DNA of 64,000 nucleotides, from NCBI GenBank assembly GCA_963641445.1, contig CAVIBR010000002.1, positions 51,656 to 115,655 on the forward strand. The letters are read 5' to 3'. This DNA is from Bacteroides uniformis (GTDB lineage Bacteria > Bacillota_I > Bacilli_A > RFN20 > CAG-826). The notes beneath the pieces were generated by a model. That model saw only the letters and a program-made list of their open reading frames with translations, was not told the origin of the DNA and searched no databases. Every line of letters starts with the position of its first letter. The stretch's first letter is position 1. Positions 45,226 to 55,309 of the stretch are shown one piece after another. Position numbers and translations under genes: made by a program.

Positions 45226-46416
45226 TTATTTATTCTCTTCGTTATTTTTGACTTCTTCTTTTGGTGTATCATCGAAAGCATAATCGGAGAAATCCCAGTC
45301 AGGATGTTTTTCAACAACCTTTCTTAAGGATTCCTTGATCAAATCAAGTTCGATATCTTTCTTTTCTTCACCGGAATCTTTAATAGCTTTATCTGCGTTA
45401 GCAAGAGCCGTTTTCGCTTCAGTCTCACTTTCTTCGATAAGACCGGAGATCAATAAATAAGCTCTAACTGCTGGCGCACTGCTTAAGTTAGCAATGAACT
45501 TCTTCTCTTCAAGAGGGAGTGAAACATATTCTTCTCTGGAAGCTTCAAGGTCGCCATTTAATAAATGGATGGAAAGTCTTTGAGCAATTGCATTGTTATA
45601 AACCTTAGAAGACACTTTTGCTTTAGATGAAATCGTATATTCATTGATCTCTAATGCGGTAGCAAAATCTCTTTCTTTTAACGCTTTATAAACGGAGACT
45701 TGGTTAAGGGAATTGGTGAAGTCTGTAACTTCTTTATAAATAGGCGTCTCAGGTAATTCTTCTCCAAGAGCCATTTTTTCTTGAGCAAGAAGAAGATTGT
45801 TATATGCTTCAACGTTTGTTTTGTTATTTAGAATTGTCATTAAATAGCCGTCGTTTTTGCTATCTAATGCGGCAGGGAATATGTTATATAAGTTAACGAG
45901 AACGCAGATAGTAAGAACGATTAAGCCTGCGACATAAACCGATTCCCAAAGAGCGTTGTTGTCTTTGAAGAAGGCTTTGCCCATAACAACACAGGCCGCA
46001 CATGCAGCGATTTCAAGCAAGAAAATAACAAGCGGGGAATATATAACGTGTCTTGGATTTACTTTTTTGCCTTCTTTTGGCGCGATAGCGGTTTCGCCCG
46101 TTAGGCCATCAAAGGAGAAGGAGAAGGAGAAATGTAGGTGATTGTCTTTTTCTCTTTTCCACTGGATTCCAAGAATGTTGACTTTGGTAATTTTATATCC
46201 ACCAATCTTAGCGCCAATTATATGTCCAACTTCGAGTAAGATTGCTGATAATAAAACACCAACAACAACTGCGATAATGACATATAGAATTGAGTTCATT
46301 GGTAAGTATGAACCATTTGAGCCTAATTCTGGTCTAAGCATCACGAAGCCTACGACGGCTGCAATGCCTAGCATAAGGATGTATACAATCCATCCCATTG
46401 CTTCATTTTTCTTCAT
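45226..46416 (-). CDS. Membrane protein of unknown function (N-terminal 5-6 TM region plus C-terminal TPR-like/helical domain)
   Basis: 396 aa. TM segments in residues 1-200, then a soluble helical region …YNNLLLAQEKMALGEE…YKALKERDFATALEINEY…AYLLISGLIEE…. RBS TAGGAGGA. Confidence 0.45.
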   Translation of the reverse strand: MKKNEAMGWIVYILMLGIAAVVGFVMLRPELGSNGSYLPMNSILYVIIAVVVGVLLSAILLEVGHIIGAKIGGYKITKVNILGIQWKREKDNHLHFSFSFSFDGLTGETAIAPKEGKKVNPRHVIYSPLVIFLLEIAACAACVVMGKAFFKDNNALWESVYVAGLIVLTICVLVNLYNIFPAALDSKNDGYLMTILNNKTNVEAYNNLLLAQEKMALGEELPETPIYKEVTDFTNSLNQVSVYKALKERDFATALEINEYTISSKAKVSSKVYNNAIAQRLSIHLLNGDLEASREEYVSLPLEEKKFIANLSSAPAVRAYLLISGLIEESETEAKTALANADKAIKDSGEEKKDIELDLIKESLRKVVEKHPDWDFSDYAFDDTPKEEVKNNEENK

Positions 46417-46557
46417 AATTATTTAATCCTCCTATGGATTTGTGAGGGAGATGACCATCACACGTGTATCATCGTCTTTTGCATTCGATAGAAGGCTACC
46501 TCTAAGCGGGTTTAATTATAGTCTTTCCATCATTTTTTTAAACTATAAAGTTTATGA

Positions 46558-47118
46558 TTATCTCTTTTTCTCTTCTTTTATCATTGAAACGATCGCAGGA
46601 TAAAGGATAAGCGTTGCTGAATTGATGTATTTCTTTAAGAATGTTTCTAGTTTAACAACCGTGATTCCTTGGCTTTTAAATGCAAAGGAGAATTCTTGTG
46701 ACACACTAGCGGCAAATCTTCTTGCAACATTACGGTATGTCGTTTTAGTTAAGCCTATCCCGCTTTCATGAGGGGAATAAACAGTAATTAACCTTGTGAG
46801 TATCTTGTTGTAATAGAAATCATTAACTAAATCAGCACCTGCAGATTGATATGTGAAAAGTAAGAAATCGAAGTTTCTTTTTGAATATTCAAGCAAACAT
46901 TCAAGGATTTCTTTAACGTTATTGCAATCAATCAAGCCAGGAACATCTTCATTAAGAAAAATCGAGGCAAGCAAATCATAGATGTCTTGGTAGTGATAAT
47001 AGAATGTTTGCCTATGCAGATGCAACTTATTGCAAAGCGAGGTAACGTTTATCTCGCTAAGCGGTTTAGTTTGCATCATTTCTCTTAGAGCTGTTTTAAA
47101 TCTTTGTTCTGTGGTCAT
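46558..47118 (-). CDS. TetR/AcrR-family transcriptional regulator (DhaS-like), translationally coupled to psuG
   Basis: 186 aa. N-terminal HTH …RFKTALREMMQTKPLSEINVTSLCNKLHLHRQTFYYHYQDIYDLL…. The start ATG overlaps the psuG stop (TAATG). Confidence 0.6.
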   Translation of the reverse strand: MTTEQRFKTALREMMQTKPLSEINVTSLCNKLHLHRQTFYYHYQDIYDLLASIFLNEDVPGLIDCNNVKEILECLLEYSKRNFDFLLFTYQSAGADLVNDFYYNKILTRLITVYSPHESGIGLTKTTYRNVARRFAASVSQEFSFAFKSQGITVVKLETFLKKYINSATLILYPAIVSMIKEEKKR

Positions 47119-48035
47119 TAATTAGACCCCTTATTTTTCATTGAGGCGTATTCCACGGCGATTTTTGCGCCAAGTTCAGCATTATTCAAGACTAAGGCGA
47201 TGTTTGTATCAAGGCTCTTTCCGCCAGTGACTTCAGCAATCTTTGCTAATAAGAATGGAGTGATGTCTTTGCCTTTGATGCCTTTTTCATCGCATTCTTT
47301 GATAGCCGCGTCAATAATGGAATCAATGTATTCGTGGGAAAGGGCGTACTCTTCTGGGACTGGGTTAGCAATTAGCATTCCACCAGTTAAGCCAAGATCA
47401 CGTTTAGCTTTGATGATTTCCGCTGCTTCTTTTGCTGAATTGAAAACAACATCGACAGGTTTTCCTGAATTACGGCAATAGAAATTAGCAAAACCTTTTT
47501 CTTTATAGGACATGACAGTCACACCTTGAGTTTCAAGGACTTCTAAGGTTTTATCAATATCAAGAATAGCCTTGCATCCAGCGCAAACAACGGTAACTGG
47601 ATTTTCGCCGATTTCATATAAATCACGGGAGACATCCATCGTATTTTCTGCTCCACGATGAACTCCGCCAATTCCACCAGTGACAAAAACTTCAATTCCA
47701 GCAGCCTTTGCCATAAGTATTGTTCCGCTTACTGTTGTGGCTCCCCAGCCTTTTGATGCAACAACGACAGGGAAATCTCTTTTAGAAACTTTAGCGATTC
47801 CTTTTCTTTTGCCGAATTCTTCGATTTGCTCTGGGCTCATTCCGACGATAGGCTCTCCATCAATGATGCCCATTGTTGCAGGAACGGCGCCATTTTCACG
47901 AATGACTCTTTCAACATCTAAAGCAGTTTTGACATTCCTTGGATAAGGCATGCCATGAGAGATAATTGTGCTTTCTAAAGCAACTACTGCTTTTCCTTCT
48001 TTTAAGGCTTTTTCAACTTCTGGATTGATTTTCAT
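47118..48035 (-). CDS. psuG: Pseudouridine-5'-phosphate glycosidase
   Basis: 305 aa with strong full-length similarity to YeiN/PsuG (…VVALESTIISHGMPYP…ATMGIIDGEPIVG…GATTVSGTILMAKAAGIEVFVTGGIGGVHRGAE…VTVVCAGCKAILDI…). RBS AAGGAG. Confidence 0.9.
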   Translation of the reverse strand: MKINPEVEKALKEGKAVVALESTIISHGMPYPRNVKTALDVERVIRENGAVPATMGIIDGEPIVGMSPEQIEEFGKRKGIAKVSKRDFPVVVASKGWGATTVSGTILMAKAAGIEVFVTGGIGGVHRGAENTMDVSRDLYEIGENPVTVVCAGCKAILDIDKTLEVLETQGVTVMSYKEKGFANFYCRNSGKPVDVVFNSAKEAAEIIKAKRDLGLTGGMLIANPVPEEYALSHEYIDSIIDAAIKECDEKGIKGKDITPFLLAKIAEVTGGKSLDTNIALVLNNAELGAKIAVEYASMKNKGSN

Positions 48036-50529
48036 TTTGATCTCCTTTTTTCATCTTCATGAAGTAATGGCTATCGATATAGTTAAGAATGAAATAGATA
48101 ATTATTAAAACGCCGGTGACTCCTGCAACCATCCAAATGTGGGTTGGAGTGAGGCAGTGATATTTTAAACCAAATATGCTTGTTATGCCTTTCTGGCTTG
48201 CTTTATCTCCCAAAATAAAGCTAAGTAATTGAGTCCCAAAGAAGTAATCGAGGATGAATAAGCCTACTCCTGTAACAAGCAAGAAAGCAAATATTCCTCC
48301 ACGGTACTTATCGAATTTCCAAGATACTTTTCCTAGAACGCAATAGGAAAGAACACTAAAGCTAATAACAGACATCAATAAAACTTGATCATCATTAATA
48401 AAATCTGGATCAGCCATATGAATGGAATAGAAAATAAGAACGGTGACTATTTGAACAAATCCACCAGGGATGGCCTTCCTAAGGACGTTACTCATGAAAG
48501 TTCCATTGATTCGATCGTTGGTTTTTTGTAAGGCCAAGAAGAAACCTCCTCCACCAATGGTAACAATTTCCCAAATATAAAGATTCTTTGTCGTGAATGG
48601 ATAATTCATTCCTCCGCAAGAACCGATAATAAAGAAAGCGAAGGTAAGCATTACGGCAAAAATTGTTTTCGCTAAGAAAAGTGACGCGCTTCTTTGAAGA
48701 TTATTTATTGCTCTTCTTCCTTCAGCAACGACATCTGGAAGTTTAGAGAAATCATTATCCGCAGAAACGATATGAGAAACGTTTCTTGCCGCTGATGAGC
48801 CAGAGCCCATGGCTATTGAACAATCCGCTTTCTTAAGGGCGAGAATATCGTTAACGCCATCGCCAGTCATGGCGACTTTATGATCTTTTTCTTGTAAGGC
48901 AGCAATGATATTTGCTTTTTGTTCTGGTTTAACGCGGCCAAATACGGCGTATTTTTCTACAATTGTAGGAATTTCTTCATCTAAAACGTTTTCCATTGAG
49001 ATGCATCTATCCGCATTAGGGACTCCAGCTTGTGCAGCAATATACGAAACAGTATCCGCATTGTCGCCGGAAATGACTTTTACTTGGACACCGTTACTAA
49101 CAAACCATTCAATATTTGCTTTGGCATCATCTTTGATATGATCGCTAAGAGAAATGATTGCAGCGAGTTCTAAATCGTTAGGAAGATTTTCTCCATCAAG
49201 ATTGGATTTTGAATGGAATACGCCAAGAACTCTAAAGCCTTTTGCCGTAAGTTCTTTCAAACGGTCTTTTCCTTCCTCATTCATTTCTCCAGGAATAAAT
49301 TCAGGGGCGCCATATACGAATAAACCGACATTTTCAAAATATCCAGCCGCATATTTTTTCTCGGAATCAAAAGCGATTGTCGTTTTAGGCTCAACGCTAT
49401 CTTCCTTGAATGAGGCTAAAAGGCAATTGGCTGTTTGATTTGAATCACCATTCTTTTTTATGATTGAACGAAGATATTTTTCTATGTCTTCTTTTGAAAG
49501 ATCGCCATATATGTCTGTTGAGTGCAAAGACAAAGAACCATCCGTGAGAGTTCCAGTCTTATCAAAGCAAATGGTATCTACTTTAGCTAGCATCTCCACG
49601 CAATAAAGTTCTTGGACATTCATCTTCTTTTGAGCAAGTCTTCCAACGGAAACTGCAAGAACCATCGAAACAAGTAAATACAATCCAGCCGGAATCATTG
49701 CAATCATTGAACCAGATAAAGATGGTACAAATCTTTTAAATGATTCATAGTTAAGATCGTTTCTTGCTAGAGATCTAAATATCCAAGAAAGGGTTGTGGC
49801 AATTCCAAGAGTCATCGAAACAATGCCAGTTGTTAAGAATATTCTTAAGCAAGAGGATTTAAGCTCGCTCTTTGGGCGTTTGAAAGTTTTTGCGCTTGCT
49901 TGAATGCTTTCAGAGTAATTGGCATTACCTATCGCACAAACTCTAACATACGCCTTGCCAGATTTTACATATGTCGCACTTAAAATCTTATCTCCAACAT
50001 TCTTGCTTACTTTGACAGATTCTCCGGTTAAAAGAGATTCATCCATCTCTATTTTTCCTTCGAGAACAATTGAATCAGTGCAGATTTGCTCTCCTGCGGA
50101 AACAAGCATGACATCATTTAAAACGACTTCATTTACAGGAATAGAAACCTCTTTCCCATCACGAACTACTGTTGCTTTAGGGTCAGTAACCAAACGTAAC
50201 TTTTCTACAAGGTGACGAGTGTGAATATCTGTGAATAAGCCGATTGAAATGTTAAAAAGAACAGGGATAACAAACATGAAATTAGTGAAATCCATGCCTG
50301 CGGCAATCATAAAAGCGACAATAACGAAATAAACAATGTTGAAGAATGTGAAAACGTTATCAGCAAAAATTTGCCAATAAGTTTTAGTAACGCTTTTCTT
50401 TGTTTTGTTTGAAAAGCCTTCTTTCCTTTGGAATTCTACTTGTTCTGAATTTAGTCCAATGTGTGGATCAACTTCAATAGGAGTAGCATTTTTGATTTTT
50501 TCTATAAGATCTTCTCGCAAATTCATCAT
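48013..50529 (-). CDS. Cation-transporting P-type ATPase (E1-E2 type, P2/Ca2+/Mg2+-like)
   Basis: 838 aa. TGES (LTGESVKV), phosphorylation site CFDKTGTLT, hinge MTGDGVNDILALKKADCSIAM, 10 TM. Overlaps psuG by 23 nt. Confidence 0.9.
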   Translation of the reverse strand: MMNLREDLIEKIKNATPIEVDPHIGLNSEQVEFQRKEGFSNKTKKSVTKTYWQIFADNVFTFFNIVYFVIVAFMIAAGMDFTNFMFVIPVLFNISIGLFTDIHTRHLVEKLRLVTDPKATVVRDGKEVSIPVNEVVLNDVMLVSAGEQICTDSIVLEGKIEMDESLLTGESVKVSKNVGDKILSATYVKSGKAYVRVCAIGNANYSESIQASAKTFKRPKSELKSSCLRIFLTTGIVSMTLGIATTLSWIFRSLARNDLNYESFKRFVPSLSGSMIAMIPAGLYLLVSMVLAVSVGRLAQKKMNVQELYCVEMLAKVDTICFDKTGTLTDGSLSLHSTDIYGDLSKEDIEKYLRSIIKKNGDSNQTANCLLASFKEDSVEPKTTIAFDSEKKYAAGYFENVGLFVYGAPEFIPGEMNEEGKDRLKELTAKGFRVLGVFHSKSNLDGENLPNDLELAAIISLSDHIKDDAKANIEWFVSNGVQVKVISGDNADTVSYIAAQAGVPNADRCISMENVLDEEIPTIVEKYAVFGRVKPEQKANIIAALQEKDHKVAMTGDGVNDILALKKADCSIAMGSGSSAARNVSHIVSADNDFSKLPDVVAEGRRAINNLQRSASLFLAKTIFAVMLTFAFFIIGSCGGMNYPFTTKNLYIWEIVTIGGGGFFLALQKTNDRINGTFMSNVLRKAIPGGFVQIVTVLIFYSIHMADPDFINDDQVLLMSVISFSVLSYCVLGKVSWKFDKYRGGIFAFLLVTGVGLFILDYFFGTQLLSFILGDKASQKGITSIFGLKYHCLTPTHIWMVAGVTGVLIIIYFILNYIDSHYFMKMKKGDQNENQSRS

Positions 50530-53405
50530 TCTCCCCTTAAAGCAACAACTGGGTCTTTTTTCGCCCCGAGTCTAGCTGGGATAAAGCCAGAAATGAAGGA
50601 AAGTAGAACCGAAACAACTATTAATATAAAAGCGTGTAGAGGATTTAATGATGCGATATGGCTTAAACCATTTCCTGGGAAAAGATGGTCAATTATGGCC
50701 GATAATGGGAAATTTAAGATCAACGTAACAACAATTCCGAGTATGCCTGCGACTAAACCTATAATCAAGCATTCAGTCTCAAAAAGATGACCGACGTCAC
50801 TCTTTCTTGCTCCACACGCCCTAACTATGCCTATCTCTTTAGTTCGTTCGATAACTGAAACATAGGTGATATTTGCTGTCATAATTGATGAAACGATCAA
50901 GGAAATAGAGGCGAAAATGATGAAAACAACGGAAATCAAAGAAATGAACGTTCCTAATGTCGAAGTATAGGAAGACATGATGTCCGTGTAATAAACGTTT
51001 TGATCGGATGAAGTTTCCTTGTTCCATTGGTCCATTCTTGCTTTGATTGCACCTTTATTCGAAATCGATGATGGGAAAATCATTACTGAAGAAATAAGTG
51101 AATATGATTGAAAATATGCAACAAAATCAAGGATGTTGAAATCTAGATTCAATTCATCTGATTTTAAATCGTATGTAGGACTCTTGTAGTTGAGTTCATA
51201 GAAAGAGGATTCGCTCAATCTAAGAATGAGTTTTTTAAGTAAGTTGGCTTTTGTATCGGAATCAGAAGAATAGAATTTATCAACAAACTTTCCAACGAGG
51301 TCTTCTCTAAAATCCTGTCCTATACGTCTTGCTCCATTAAAGTAGCCGGAGTAGTATGGGACAACTCTTGTTCCTTCATCGATGTTTTTTTGCTTTGCGA
51401 AGAAATATTCGTAATTTAAAGATGAAGCAATATTAGCTGCGACAGTCGTGCTAATGGTATCGGAATCGGAAGATAAAGACTTAATAAGTTCGCTCATGGC
51501 AGAAGACAGTCTATCAAGTCCGTCTTTGCCGTTTGAATCTTTACCAGCAGTAAAAAACCAGGCTTTCGCAGAGGTATTTTGCATTTCTGAACAATTTTTG
51601 CTTACATCTTCAACAAATTCATTCTTCAAAGACTGAACGTATCCAATCGAAGCAGGCATAAGATTCATATACGATGTTTCAGATGGTCTTAGGACTCCAA
51701 CTATCTTTAAAGTCTTTGGAGAATATGTTGCATCATCGTTATAAATCTTCTCGAGTCCTTTTTGATTTGTGTTAGGTTCAATATAACGTTGGATTGTTCT
51801 TGTGCTTGGCGTGCCAGAATATGTTATTTGTCCAGTGGTTAAATCATAACTTGGCTTGATGTCTGAATAAGCAGGCAAATCCAATTTGTATGAATCGTTA
51901 TCCGTGGCTTGGAAATATTTTGATGGCTTATACGCTTTATAAGTTGTTCCAAGAAGATCGCTAAATGAAATGCTTGATGTGGTTTTATCAGTTGATGCAA
52001 TGAGACCGAGATTAACTAATGTTGTCTTTTTTACTCTGTTATATCTATCCGTTATCAAAACGATTTCATCACTTGATTTAGGAAAACGACCGCATATTGT
52101 GTCATACATGCTGCTTAAGTCTTTGTCTTCACCATAGAGTTCGTGGAAAATAGTTGTTGGAACAGATATGACCGTGTCTAAAATAGAACCAGTCGCAGAC
52201 GCACTCTTACTTTGATCGATTTGAATATAGGTGGTATTTCCGTCTGGATCAGTTATTTGTTTGATTATGTTAAAACTTAGTCCATCACGATTTAAGATTA
52301 CGGATTGAGCTAAACCATCTTTAACCATTGGGTTTAGAACTTTTTGGATGTATTCTTCAGAAAATGAGTTGGTGTGAGCGATGCTTTTTGTTGAAGATGT
52401 ATCGTAAACGTATATTTTTTCATCGCTTGGATATTGCTTATATCCATCGTTTAAGTCGTTTGATGAATATGAGTAGGAAACTTTGCTTATCGTGATTGGC
52501 ACGCTTGAAGCAACCGAAGTTTCGAGGTTGCTAACGTATTCGCTAAAACCATTTGTGATTGATAAAACGAGTGCAACACCGATAATACCAATGGATGATG
52601 CAACGGATGTCATTGCTGTTCTAGCTTTTTTTGTGCTTATGTTCTTAACTGATGTTTTGATTGTTGTCCATAAGCTCATCGAAGTTTTCTTTTTTTCAAG
52701 TGAAGGTGGATTTTTGATTTCTTCTATTGGCAAAGGAGAGGAATCTTTAATGATTTCTCCGTCTTTCATTTCGATGATTCTATCTGAATATTTGTAAGCT
52801 AATTCAGAATTATGAGTAACCATAACGACAAGACAAGTCTTACTCATAGATTTGAGAATTTCCATGATTTGCACAGATGTTATTGAATCAAGTGCGCCTG
52901 TAGGCTCATCCGCTAAAATGATTTTTGGGTTGTTAATGATTGCTCTAGCTATTGCAACTCTTTGCATTTGGCCGCCAGATAATTGATTTGGTTTTTTCTT
53001 CTCTGAGCCTTTTAATCCGACAATTTCTAATGCTTTTAAGGCTCTTTCTTTTCTTTCTTTTGCTGAAACGCCGTTTAGCAACAAAGCGGTTTCAACATTT
53101 GAAAGAACATTTTGATAATCGATTAAGTTATAGTTTTGAAAAACAAAACCAACTTGTTCGTTACGATATGCATCCCAGTCTTTGTCTTTGAAATCTTTAG
53201 TTGATTTGCCATTAACTAGCAAATCGCCGCTCGTGTAATGATCGAGCCCACCAATAATGTTAAGGGTTGTTGTTTTACCACAACCGCTTGGGCCAAGAAT
53301 TGAAACGAATCCAACATCAGCAAAAGAGACGCTAATATCTTTCAAAGCAGAGAATGGCTTTTTGTCTACATAATAATCTTTTTTGACGTGGATTAAATTG
53401 ATCAT
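50526..53405 (-). CDS. MacB/FtsX-type ABC transporter, fused ATPase-permease with an unusually large (about 550 aa) extracytoplasmic domain
   Basis: 959 aa. N-terminal NBD (GPSGCGKTT, LSGGQMQRVAIARA, ILADEPTGALD). TM1 at about aa 265, a long extracellular region to about aa 820, then 3 TM (FtsX fold) …IERTKEIGIVRACGARKSDV…. Confidence 0.85.
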   Translation of the reverse strand: MINLIHVKKDYYVDKKPFSALKDISVSFADVGFVSILGPSGCGKTTTLNIIGGLDHYTSGDLLVNGKSTKDFKDKDWDAYRNEQVGFVFQNYNLIDYQNVLSNVETALLLNGVSAKERKERALKALEIVGLKGSEKKKPNQLSGGQMQRVAIARAIINNPKIILADEPTGALDSITSVQIMEILKSMSKTCLVVMVTHNSELAYKYSDRIIEMKDGEIIKDSSPLPIEEIKNPPSLEKKKTSMSLWTTIKTSVKNISTKKARTAMTSVASSIGIIGVALVLSITNGFSEYVSNLETSVASSVPITISKVSYSYSSNDLNDGYKQYPSDEKIYVYDTSSTKSIAHTNSFSEEYIQKVLNPMVKDGLAQSVILNRDGLSFNIIKQITDPDGNTTYIQIDQSKSASATGSILDTVISVPTTIFHELYGEDKDLSSMYDTICGRFPKSSDEIVLITDRYNRVKKTTLVNLGLIASTDKTTSSISFSDLLGTTYKAYKPSKYFQATDNDSYKLDLPAYSDIKPSYDLTTGQITYSGTPSTRTIQRYIEPNTNQKGLEKIYNDDATYSPKTLKIVGVLRPSETSYMNLMPASIGYVQSLKNEFVEDVSKNCSEMQNTSAKAWFFTAGKDSNGKDGLDRLSSAMSELIKSLSSDSDTISTTVAANIASSLNYEYFFAKQKNIDEGTRVVPYYSGYFNGARRIGQDFREDLVGKFVDKFYSSDSDTKANLLKKLILRLSESSFYELNYKSPTYDLKSDELNLDFNILDFVAYFQSYSLISSVMIFPSSISNKGAIKARMDQWNKETSSDQNVYYTDIMSSYTSTLGTFISLISVVFIIFASISLIVSSIMTANITYVSVIERTKEIGIVRACGARKSDVGHLFETECLIIGLVAGILGIVVTLILNFPLSAIIDHLFPGNGLSHIASLNPLHAFILIVVSVLLSFISGFIPARLGAKKDPVVALRGE

Positions 53406-53624
53406 AATAACATTTTTTCAACATATAACATCTTAACATAAAGTTAAGAGTTATTCGAATAAACATTGAATTTTTTATACATTGTATTATCAGCAGTAAA
53501 ATTCATTCCTTCGTTTGAAGAAATTAAATGATTTTGTTTATTTTGAAAGAAAGTATTTGCGTTATTAAAATCCATGTGGTTTTTATAGGCGATTTATGGA
53601 TTTTTGGATTTTTGAAAAATTGAA

Positions 53625-54071
53625 CTATCTCTTCTTCTTGAAAAACTCTTTTAGTAAGGAATCGCATTGATTATCCAAAATTCCCCCGTAAATCAATGGT
53701 CTTTCGTGAATTGAAGGTTGGTCAAAGACAAAGTAATTAGAAAGTACTGCGCCATCTTTTTTATCTTTTGATGCGAAAACGATTTTGGAGATTCTTGCCT
53801 GCAAGATAGCACCTGAACACATAAGGCACGGTTCCAACGTCACATAGAGAGCCGTTCCATCAAGCCGCCAATTATTTAAAAAACATTCAGCTTCTTTGAT
53901 GGCTTCAATTTCTGCATGAGAAGAAATATCATTCATCCCTTCACGATGATTATGACCTCTTCCGATTATCTTGCCATCTTTTACGATTATTGCGCCAACC
54001 GGCACTTCATCTTCTTCATAGGCTTTTAAGGCCTCTAAGTAAGCCTCATGCATATATTCTTCATCATTCAT
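53625..54071 (-). CDS. tadA: tRNA-specific adenosine-34 deaminase. Start placed at the internal ATG (54069-54071).
   Basis: HAEIEAIKEA and TLEPCLMCSGAI zinc-binding motifs. MNDEEYMHEAYLEALKAYEEDEVPVGAIIV aligns with TadA N-termini. The longer ORF-track start (54116) would overlap the SRP RNA. Confidence 0.85.
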   Translation of the reverse strand: MNDEEYMHEAYLEALKAYEEDEVPVGAIIVKDGKIIGRGHNHREGMNDISSHAEIEAIKEAECFLNNWRLDGTALYVTLEPCLMCSGAILQARISKIVFASKDKKDGAVLSNYFVFDQPSIHERPLIYGGILDNQCDSLLKEFFKKKR

Positions 54072-54091
54072 ACAGTTACAATTATAAAAAG

Positions 54092-54178
54092 AAAACCACC
54101 GCACAGGAATCTCCACTTATGGCTGCTACCTTCCGATCCTGACCAGGTTCATGGAGGCTTCCTCACGATGGCATGGAT
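54092..54178 (-). ncRNA. ffs: Small (4.5S-type) signal recognition particle RNA
   Basis: The minus-strand RNA contains AACCUGGUCAGGAUCGGAAGGUAGCAGCC, which is near-identical to the universally conserved SRP domain-IV motif ACCAGGUCAGGUCCGGAAGGAAGCAGCC. The termini (CGUGAGGAAGCCUCCAUG / GUGGAGAUUCCUGUGCGG) pair into a long helix. A UUUUC tail follows. The ends are approximate. Confidence 0.75.
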
Positions 54179-54250
54179 ATTATAACAAGAATTAGATATT
54201 TTTCATTAAATTTAAATGCGTTGGATTTTCGTTTAATTTAAAATGATTTC

Positions 54251-55282
54251 ATGAAACAAGCAGAATTTTTAAAGACTGGTTCAAAAATAACAATGATTGC
54301 TCCATCTTTTGGAGTAACGACTGAACCTTATATGACTAGGTACGAGGCTTCGAAGAAGAATCTAATTAAGCGAGGCTATCAAATAAACGAAGGCAGAAAT
54401 GTTCATTTAGCTGAAGGTGTTGTCGCCTCTTCAACCCCAAAAGAAAGAGCATTGGAGTTCATGAACGCATACACGTCTGACGCCAATTTGATTCTTTCGG
54501 TCGGCGGAGGAGAATTAATGAATGAAATTCTCCCTTATGTTGATTTTGATTTAATAAAGGCTTTACCAGCAAAATGGTTTATGGGTTTTTCTGATAATAC
54601 CCATCTAACGTATACTCTAACCACTATCGCGGATGTAATTACAATATATGGCCCTAACGCTCCATCATTCTTTGAGAAGCCATTACGCTTGAATCAATTA
54701 GACGCATTAAGGGTACTTAATGGAGAAAAAGAATTCTTTGGATACGAAAAATGGAACAAGCCAAACTTTAAAAAGAAATTTGATCCAAGCGTTAAAAAGG
54801 AAATAAATCCTCTCCATAGGTTCCGTTATATGAGTAAGAAAATCATCACTCCATATAATTGGACAAATGATGTTGAAGGAAGATTATTAGGTGGATGCCT
54901 TGACTGTTTAATCATGCTATGTGGAACTCCTTTTGATAAAACCAATGAATTTTTAGATCGTCATTCAGAAGGAATTGTTTGGTATCTTGAAGCATGCGAT
55001 CTTTCACCTCTTTCAATTAGACGCGCATTATTCCAACTAAAACAAGCAGGTTGGTTTAAAACCGCGAAAGCGTTCCTTATTGGTCGTCCATTATGTTGGG
55101 ACCAAGAACAATTCGGTCTAAACCGTTTTGACGCGGTAACAGGAGTTTTATCGGATTTAAACGTTCCGATATTGTTTGATATTGATTTAGGCCACTATTC
55201 TCCGGCTTTGCCAATTAAAAACGGTGCGGTGGCAAATATTTCATATGAAAATAACAATATTCATTTTACATATAAAGAATGA
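54251..55282 (+). CDS. LD-carboxypeptidase (peptidase S66; LdcA/MccF family)
   Basis: 343 aa. …GSKITMIAPSFGV…, GFSDNTHL (Ser nucleophile context), and a C-terminal His/Glu region …DIDLGHYSP…. Typical S66 layout. Confidence 0.8.
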   Translation: MKQAEFLKTGSKITMIAPSFGVTTEPYMTRYEASKKNLIKRGYQINEGRNVHLAEGVVASSTPKERALEFMNAYTSDANLILSVGGGELMNEILPYVDFDLIKALPAKWFMGFSDNTHLTYTLTTIADVITIYGPNAPSFFEKPLRLNQLDALRVLNGEKEFFGYEKWNKPNFKKKFDPSVKKEINPLHRFRYMSKKIITPYNWTNDVEGRLLGGCLDCLIMLCGTPFDKTNEFLDRHSEGIVWYLEACDLSPLSIRRALFQLKQAGWFKTAKAFLIGRPLCWDQEQFGLNRFDAVTGVLSDLNVPILFDIDLGHYSPALPIKNGAVANISYENNNIHFTYKE

Positions 55283-55309
55283 TATTCTTATCGAAAGGAG
55301 AAAAGAAAA

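Noticed and set aside
45226-46416. Possible metalloprotease (site-2 protease-like) based on LLEVGHIIGA
   Set aside because: The segment lacks the full HExxH (only ExxH), and no second zinc-ligand motif (LDG or similar) was found. Left as a hypothetical membrane protein.
53625-54116. tadA starting at the ORF-track Met (MEIPVRWFSFYNCNC…)
   Set aside because: This N-terminus would be encoded by the SRP RNA sequence itself and has no counterpart in TadA. The alignment-supported start is MNDEEYMHEAYLEAL at 54071.
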